Of a stretch of DNA of 12,096 nt, positions 7,159 through 12,096 are shown in pieces; position 1 is the first letter of the stretch, and every line of letters starts with the position of its first letter. The translations under genes and the position numbers were made by a program. Where the stretch lies: positions 1-12,096 of the forward strand of contig CBEUCH010000032.1 in the NCBI GenBank assembly GCA_965541585.1, given 5' to 3'. This stretch comes from an uncultured bacterium (GTDB taxonomy: Bacteria > Zixibacteria > MSB-5A5 > UBA10806). Below the pieces are notes generated by a model that searched no databases, was not told where the DNA came from, and worked only from the letters and a program-made list of their open reading frames with translations.

Positions 7159-8841
7159 TTATCCCACCGAAAGGACTCCCCGCTCATCGTAAGGACTCCC
7201 CTCCTCTTTCTCCTGAGCGATGCATCTCCCCAGCGCCATGATGCTGGCCACCAGACCGTCGATCTTATTTTTCGGGATCTCCTTTGTCGGATAGATCTGG
7301 CGCTTGTCGTTCTCTTTGGAAACCAGGTTACTGGCCATCCAGCTCATTACCGGATTTCCGTCATGATGCCATTTCTTTGAAAGTGTCAGAGCTTCCAGTT
7401 CATGCATGGGTTCTGAGAAATTCTTATATGCCGCATTGACCTCTACCATCGGCGCTCCCTCGGCCAGCATGTGCATCGCGAGCTGTGTCGCCTGGAAAGG
7501 ATCATAAGGGATCTGTTCGACCTGATAAATGGAGGTTACTCGCCTCAGCTCCTCCTCGATGAGATCCATATCGATAATGTTCCCCTCCGTCGTTCGGATC
7601 CAGCCGGCTTCGGCCCAGCCTCGATATTGTGCATTGTTAGTCTCCGCGATAACATCCTCCGGAAGCCAGAACGTCGGAAATACATAATAATGGCCGTCCT
7701 TCGGAAACAGGATCACCATCACATTAAAGTCTGTCTTGCTGGCCAGGTCGAGTCCGATAAAGCATGGCTGACCTTTGAAATCCTCGATCTTTATTTTTGT
7801 ATCCTTACATGCCCGCCATTTTTCCATGTCCAGAAAAGCATTCAGGGAGCCGACCCATATATCGAGATGCCTTTGCTTGAACGTCGGCGCGGCGCTGGGA
7901 GTGACGCTGGCTTTTTTATGTGCGCTTTTCATATAAGTAGGGAGAACGGAAACGCCATAATTCGGATTCGCTTTTTTCCAGGTGTCCTCGGAATTCCAAT
8001 CATCACCCTCATCAATAGTATAGATCACCCCGAAAAAGGAATCGTCCTCAAACACTCTTTGAAGAATTTTCTCCAGGTAATCTCTGACCTCATAGCAGAT
8101 GCCAGAAATATCGTTGCCGGCCGTGGTGATCAGCCAAAGTAAAGGCTGAGTTCGGGATCCCATGGAGGTCTCAATGACATCATATACATCACGCGTTTTG
8201 TGCGCGTGGAATTCATCGATGATTCCGCAATAGGTATTGAATCCTTCCAGCCCTTTGGCATCTGAGGAAACCGGTTGAAAGAACGAATCTGTGGATCTCA
8301 CGATGATGGAATGAGCCAGCGGAGTGACGCCGAAAGCGGCCTTGAATTTCGGCGTCTTTGACGCCATCAGGTTCGCGGCCTTGAATACAATTCCCGCCTG
8401 GCTCCTGGTGGTAGCCGCCGAATAGACCTCCGCCCCAGGTTCGTCATCGATCGCCAGCATCTTGAGGCCGACTCCCGCGCTCAATGTGCTTTTGGCGTTC
8501 TTTCTGGGAACCTCAACATAGACCGATCGGAAGCGTCGGAGATCTGTCTTTTTGTTTTGCCAGCCGAATACGGACGTCAGGATGAAACATTGCCATGGCT
8601 CCAGGGAGATCTTTTCTTTCCGTTGCGCCCACTGGCCCTTAATGTGCGGAAACAGCTCGATGGCCGCGCAAACGTCATCGCCTTCCTCGGCATTAAAATA
8701 AAAAGGCCAGGCTTTTCGCCTGGCCCTTTCGAGATCATCGAGATGTCGCTGACATGCCTGCTTAATTAATTCACATGCCGGCGTTTCGCCGTTGACTACA
8801 TCCTCACAATATTGCAGAGCTTTCTCAGAATATTTTTTCAT
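7159..8841 (-). CDS. terL: Terminase large subunit (Terminase_1-like)
   Basis: LEPWQCF, Walker A VPRKNAKST, YSAATTRSQA, Walker B IIDEFH, ITTAG, WKKANP, and nuclease motifs GLDLASKTD, YDPFQA and NKIDGLVA. Confidence 0.97.
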   Translation of the reverse strand: MKKYSEKALQYCEDVVNGETPACELIKQACQRHLDDLERARRKAWPFYFNAEEGDDVCAAIELFPHIKGQWAQRKEKISLEPWQCFILTSVFGWQNKKTDLRRFRSVYVEVPRKNAKSTLSAGVGLKMLAIDDEPGAEVYSAATTRSQAGIVFKAANLMASKTPKFKAAFGVTPLAHSIIVRSTDSFFQPVSSDAKGLEGFNTYCGIIDEFHAHKTRDVYDVIETSMGSRTQPLLWLITTAGNDISGICYEVRDYLEKILQRVFEDDSFFGVIYTIDEGDDWNSEDTWKKANPNYGVSVLPTYMKSAHKKASVTPSAAPTFKQRHLDIWVGSLNAFLDMEKWRACKDTKIKIEDFKGQPCFIGLDLASKTDFNVMVILFPKDGHYYVFPTFWLPEDVIAETNNAQYRGWAEAGWIRTTEGNIIDMDLIEEELRRVTSIYQVEQIPYDPFQATQLAMHMLAEGAPMVEVNAAYKNFSEPMHELEALTLSKKWHHDGNPVMSWMASNLVSKENDKRQIYPTKEIPKNKIDGLVASIMALGRCIAQEKEEGSPYDERGVLSVG

Positions 8842-8849
8842 TCAGTATC

Positions 8850-8915
8850 CCTGGAGGAGAGCGACGAACACTGTGGCCCGCCAGCTCCCCACCAGGCTCC
8901 GGAGACCGGCCGGAG
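8850..8915 (-). promoter_or_regulatory. Tandem stem-loops in the terL leader; the larger one overlaps the likely terL SD
   Basis: Minus strand CTCCGG-CCGGTCT-CCGGAG, then CCTGG.T.GGGGAGC.T.GGCGGGC-CACAGT-GTTCGTC.GCTCTCC.T.CCAGG, then GATACTGAATG (terL start). Confidence 0.55.
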
Positions 8916-8931
8916 TTTAAGATGGTTTATT

Positions 8932-9942
8932 CTATACCGGCCGGCGCTGTAAGTCAACATTGAGATCTATTTCGGTAGCTTCTAAAGGTCTTAAAACTGA
9001 TTTCCAATGTATACCCGCATCCATAGAGGAAACGATGCCCGCCACTTCAAGATAATTCTCCGCGATTATAAAACTTTCCGGCATTTCATCATTGAGACAA
9101 TTCGTATTTTCCTTAACCGCTATAATGGGAATGCCCGCCTTTAAACATGCATGATGCGGTGGCCCCACACAATCTATCGGCGTGATCAGACAGTCCATAT
9201 CATAAACACTTAAAGCCCTTCGTGACCATGATAACCGTGGAGCTTTGTGTAACCCTTTTAAAACACTATGCAGATAACATATTGAAATCATTTCAGCCGA
9301 CATTCGTGGATCAACTATTTCCTTAAAGTCTTCAAGCGTGTCCCCACTGGGAGCATGAGCCACTGGTTTATTTATCCACTGAGCAATTAATCTTGATGCC
9401 TTCGCTTCAACACCTCCCCATGGATTAATCCCACCATTCCTTAAATAATTCTCAGCTATCTCTTTTTCCACTTTAATCGGTGTAGTAATAGCAAGAGCAT
9501 CATATTCGTATCCATCAACTTGACGTGCTAACTCCTTCCATCCATGAACCTCTCCGGAAGCTCCTTTCTCTGTCATCGTTGCGATCATCTCCAGCGGAGT
9601 TTCGAGTTCAATAACCTTAGCGTCAATTCCTATCGTCGCCCTTCCAGCCGATACCGCGTTTATAGTTTCCTTCTTTATCGGTGAATTGACGGCCACTAAT
9701 ATCTTATTATAATTAATAGGTTGAAGTCTTATTTCACTACGTAAAAAACGATCCAAAATACTCCCTTCGACATAAAGCGTGTTTTCCGTCATTTCGTTTA
9801 TATCGCTGGCGTTCACCACGTTAGGATGAGTAATGAGAATATCTGAGACAGACGCCATAAGTTTCGCCACCGGATTTCCATCCCCTGCATGACCACCGAT
9901 TTCACATCCGATCCCTGTCGGAATGATTAAAACCACGTTCAT
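8932..9942 (-). CDS. DUF3326-family protein (336 aa)
   Basis: N-terminus VVLIIPTGIGCEIGGHAGDG...LITHPNVVNAS...LYVEGSILDRFL, plus GGINPWGGVEA and IIAVKENT, match the DUF3326 pattern known mainly from cyanobacteria and plants. Visibly more AT-rich than terS and terL. Confidence 0.85.
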   Translation of the reverse strand: MNVVLIIPTGIGCEIGGHAGDGNPVAKLMASVSDILITHPNVVNASDINEMTENTLYVEGSILDRFLRSEIRLQPINYNKILVAVNSPIKKETINAVSAGRATIGIDAKVIELETPLEMIATMTEKGASGEVHGWKELARQVDGYEYDALAITTPIKVEKEIAENYLRNGGINPWGGVEAKASRLIAQWINKPVAHAPSGDTLEDFKEIVDPRMSAEMISICYLHSVLKGLHKAPRLSWSRRALSVYDMDCLITPIDCVGPPHHACLKAGIPIIAVKENTNCLNDEMPESFIIAENYLEVAGIVSSMDAGIHWKSVLRPLEATEIDLNVDLQRRPV

Positions 9943-10419
9943 TTATTTTCCCTTTTTGAATCTGTTCCATTCATTATGCTGGCCGCCCCTTCCCTCTGTA
10001 ACGGTCACCTTTGTCCTGGCCGCCGGCGTCAAACCGAACTCGGCATATAATCCCTTGATCGCCGACCTGACCGTGTTCCTTTGCCCCAGCTCCGGCCTCG
10101 GCCGCTGAACGAATCCTCCGGTGGTTTTCCTGGTTTTATACGTCATGCCTTTCTCGGCCAGGTAAGCGTTCAGATCATCCAGCTCCGCTTGCATGGTAGC
10201 CAATAAAAGAAGCGCCGGCCCATCGGTCATCGTGAGGATCCCCAGCTCATCAATGACCGCGGCCAGGCGCTTATAAACCTTTCTCACGTTCTTAGGAGTT
10301 CCGATCGGACACCTCGGAATCCCCTCAGCCGGATCCGGCTCGGCCGGATTATCTCGATCGGCCCTGGCCGTCCCTTGAATGAGGTGGAGTTTAGCCGGCT
10401 TCCTTTTCCTTCCCGCCAT
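9943..10419 (-). CDS. terS: Terminase small subunit, P27 family
   Basis: MAGRKRKPAKLHLIQGT N-terminus, LGILTMTD and C-terminal AEFGLTPAARTKV. SD AAGGA. Confidence 0.93.
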   Translation of the reverse strand: MAGRKRKPAKLHLIQGTARADRDNPAEPDPAEGIPRCPIGTPKNVRKVYKRLAAVIDELGILTMTDGPALLLLATMQAELDDLNAYLAEKGMTYKTRKTTGGFVQRPRPELGQRNTVRSAIKGLYAEFGLTPAARTKVTVTEGRGGQHNEWNRFKKGK

Positions 10420-10422
10420 CCA

Positions 10423-10654
10423 TCAATCCTTCATCAATCGCAGAAATTCTGGAACCACCGCCGGAACGATGGCGTTTCCAAGGGTTCTAAGTCTGTCCAC
10501 CCGAGAGGGAACCCCATGAGCCACTCGACCCACGTCGGGTTCAGTTGTCCACCAACCTTCTCGCCCAAGTTCCCCTTGCCCCGATCTATTATGCTGTCCT
10601 TGTGCATGAACTGTCTCGGCGTAGGCCATGTTCTTACCGCCACATCCAAACTCT
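10423..10654 (-). pseudogene. 3' remnant of a phage C5-cytosine DNA methyltransferase (alpha frame, motif X)
   Basis: WWTTEPDVGRVAHGVPSRVDRLRTLGNAIVP is a typical phage Dcm-like C-terminus. Upstream of ~10654 the frame runs into antisense transposase DNA, and motifs I-VIII are absent. Confidence 0.8.
10434..10654 (-). pseudogene. 3' part of the overlapping alternative-frame methyltransferase polypeptide (beta frame, motif IX-like)
   Basis: SLDVAVRTWPTP...GQLNPTWVEWLMGFPLGWTDL resembles C5-MTase motif IX (LTPRExxRLQGFP), encoded in a different frame nested inside the motif X ORF. Confidence 0.7.
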
Positions 10655-11056
10655 GGAGCCGTTGAACGGAATGGTAAACTTGCGATTGCCAAAGTCCCCG
10701 ATGTCAAGTCCAAAACTCTTATCCCCTTTGTTTCTGGAAAGGTTGACCGCTCTGCCACAGTCCATACTGATGAACTGGCAAGCTATAAACCCCTCAGCAA
10801 GTCTGGATACAAGCATAAAACAGTCCATCACAACCTCAAGCTATATGTAATTGATGATGCCCACACAAACACCATTGACGGGTTCTGGAGCCTGCTCAAG
10901 CGTGGCATCAACGGTGTCTATCATTCAGTAAGCCCCCAGCATCTTCAGGGCTATCTAAACGAGTATTCCTTCAGATACAATCACCGGGAAGACGAAATCC
11001 CTATGTTTGAGACGATGCTCCACCGCGTTTCCCGACATCAGCAAGACGGCGAGTAA
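10655..11056 (+). pseudogene. IS1595-family (ISXO2-like) DDE transposase, 5'-truncated
   Basis: GAVERNG, VHTDELASY, HKTVHH, HTNTIDGFWSLLKRGINGVYHSVSPQHLQGYLNEYSFRYNHR. The Zn-ribbon, HTH and first catalytic Asp region are missing. The ATG at 10628 lies in antisense methyltransferase DNA. Confidence 0.9.
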
Positions 11057-11150
11057 CTTTTCCAAGGGCTGAGAAGAAATTTCGTCTTGTGATTTCTGGC
11101 TTTTCCTGCTCTCTTGGTTTTTTACTTTTTTTCTTCACTCTGACCCTCAT
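11001..11150 (-). CDS. Small basic protein (49 aa) overlapping the transposase 3' end in antisense
   Basis: Not in the ORF track. ATG overlaps the TGA of the 215-aa gene (ATGA). Translation MRVRVKKKSKKPREQEKPEITRRNFFSALGKVTRRLADVGKRGGASSQT. Confidence 0.5.
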   Translation of the reverse strand: MRVRVKKKSKKPREQEKPEITRRNFFSALGKVTRRLADVGKRGGASSQT

Positions 11151-11794
11151 TCATTAGATTTTTTAGGAATCCAACGAAGAACATACCCTTGACCAGGAAG
11201 TAAGTGCCCATTATATCGCCATGTTCCTATAATGTCTGGTTCTTCCTTTTGTGGTATGGGTGAAGCAAATTGGCACCTAAATTCAAATCGGTCTGAAATC
11301 TCTGTTCTAATCAATGTAACAGAACAATTTCTTGTAAGATGTTTCATATCACCACGCATTTGTCCTCCGTGTGTATAATAATGGACTTCTCGGCATCTCA
11401 TAAGTACTCGAATGGGATTATCAACTTCTATAGTATATTCGAATTTACCATTATCCATATATTTGTCTATATTTATAATCTCGTCACCTATTTGAACTTC
11501 ATCAAGAGATGGCAGTCCTTTATCAATAATCACGGGGTATTCATTGAGGCCAATATATATTGTGCATTTAACTGGGCGAGAAGATTGTTTTCTAAGCATA
11601 TATTCATGTTGTATCTCTATAACTACAAGGTCATCAATTTCATCTATCATTTGTAATCTTGCTGTATAGTCTGTACGTATTATTTTCGGTGATAGCAAAT
11701 CTGATAAGTATTCTACTATGTTTCCATTCGAATCTTGCTCAAGGCCCAATAATGACCGAATATTTATTTCCTGTAAATCTCTTTGCATTCTCAT
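11147..11794 (-). CDS. AT-rich hypothetical protein (IS passenger), probably 5'-truncated
   Basis: 215-aa ORF ending in LLPGQGYVLRW. The frame stays open upstream to 11878 (..GILETIVATGYFVDYFTQRRAIRGLM) with no ATG, so the true start may have been lost; AGAGGA lies just before ATG 11794. Confidence 0.65.
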   Translation of the reverse strand: MRMQRDLQEINIRSLLGLEQDSNGNIVEYLSDLLSPKIIRTDYTARLQMIDEIDDLVVIEIQHEYMLRKQSSRPVKCTIYIGLNEYPVIIDKGLPSLDEVQIGDEIINIDKYMDNGKFEYTIEVDNPIRVLMRCREVHYYTHGGQMRGDMKHLTRNCSVTLIRTEISDRFEFRCQFASPIPQKEEPDIIGTWRYNGHLLPGQGYVLRWIPKKSNE

Positions 11795-11878
11795 AAGTCC
11801 TCTTATAGCCCTTCTTTGAGTAAAATAATCAACAAAATAACCAGTAGCAACTATAGTTTCCAGAATTCCCTCGAGTGT

Positions 11879-12096
11879 TCATTTTTTGTTCCCTTCCGGC
11901 AAAGCTAATTGGTTGAATCCTTTCTCCTCCATCAGCTCGAACATAGTCTTTTTAGTAACAGGATTGTAGAGATATGGCAAGAAAATCTCCTCAACTCTCG
12001 CCATCCCGATATCCAAAAGCCAGAGCTGAGCCTCTATCCAATCCTTTATTATTCTCCAGGCGACTCGACTCGCCTGAGCCTCAGCCCATTCGCCAT
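11879..12096 (-). CDS. Conserved phage hypothetical protein, C-terminal part (starts outside the window)
   Basis: Not in the ORF track. GEWAEAQASRVAWRIIKDWIEAQLWLLDIGMARVEEIFLPYLYNPVTKKTMFELMEEKGFNQLALPEGNKK*, matching the QAxRVAWRIxKDWxEAQ...EExFLPY pattern I recognise from phage proteins. Confidence 0.8.
   Translation of the reverse strand, partial: GEWAEAQASRVAWRIIKDWIEAQLWLLDIGMARVEEIFLPYLYNPVTKKTMFELMEEKGFNQLALPEGNKK

Larger units (their letters stand above)
10652..11870. mobile_element. Internal fragment of an IS1595-family element with passenger gene(s); ends approximate
   Basis: Transposase 3' half and a convergent AT-rich gene. Phage coding sequence is interrupted at both borders. 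No convincing terminal inverted repeat or target duplication was found. Confidence 0.6.
1..12096 (-). mobile_element. Tailed phage / prophage segment: DNA packaging and head morphogenesis module (HK97-like)
   Basis: Co-oriented, tightly coupled terS-terL-portal-prohead protease-major capsid genes in canonical order. Extends beyond both window edges. No integrase or att site is visible, so prophage versus free phage cannot be decided. Confidence 0.95.

Noticed and set aside
114..8769. Many plus-strand ORFs in the track (e.g. 2087-2869, 3482-3928, 4494-4922, 7471-8142)
   Set aside because: They are antisense shadows of well-supported minus-strand phage genes and have no recognisable motifs.
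8897..8934. TAG plus downstream hairpin as a pyrrolysine/read-through signal
   Set aside because: An in-frame TAA follows four sense codons later, so read-through would add almost nothing.
9940..9945. Stop read-through giving a TerS-DUF3326 fusion, or a recoded genetic code
   Set aside because: The frames abut, but TAA is an efficient stop and the second gene has its own SD. TGA, TAG and TAA all end genes at sensible positions in this window.
10423..10758. 111-aa ORF as an intact gene
   Set aside because: Its first ~35 codons are the antisense of the transposase, so it is a chimera created by the junction.
10628..11056. 142-aa ORF as a functional transposase
   Set aside because: It lacks the N-terminal DNA-binding region and first catalytic residue, and its ATG comes from antisense methyltransferase DNA.
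11070..11095. TRRNFF as a twin-arginine (Tat) signal
   Set aside because: No hydrophobic h-region or passenger domain follows, and the protein ends ~25 residues later.
11845..11870. GGGAATT (minus) as the IS1595 terminal inverted repeat
   Set aside because: The resemblance is only a few bases, there is no matching left end or target duplication, and the passenger frame reads through it.
1..12096. CRISPR array, tRNA/rRNA, intein or intron in terL/portal/capsid, DGR repeats
   Set aside because: No regularly spaced repeats, cloverleaf or long duplicated segments were seen. TerL and capsid have normal lengths with contiguous motifs.

Overview
The window is almost entirely a tailed-phage (HK97-fold, prophage-like) DNA-packaging and head operon on the minus strand. 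In transcription order it reads: a conserved phage hypothetical gene (partial), a ~1.2 kb AT-rich foreign block, the 3' remnant of a C5 DNA methyltransferase locus coding in two frames, P27-type terS, a complete AT-rich DUF3326-like gene, terL, a small promoter/RBS/hexapeptide/terminator unit, a 2-TM gene, a portal fused to a MuF/gp7-like domain, HK97 prohead protease, major capsid protein, five small putative head-accessory genes, and a LamG-like protein with an inserted CBM-like domain that runs off the left edge. The foreign block holds a 5'-truncated IS1595-family transposase, a 49-aa antisense ORF and a probably 5'-truncated passenger gene. The most unusual points are the DUF3326-like gene wedged between terS and terL, the EcoHK31I-like two-frame methyltransferase remnant, the hexapeptide/terminator unit between terL and portal, and the block replacement by a headless IS1595 fragment. 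Family calls come from motif recognition by eye; no searches were run.
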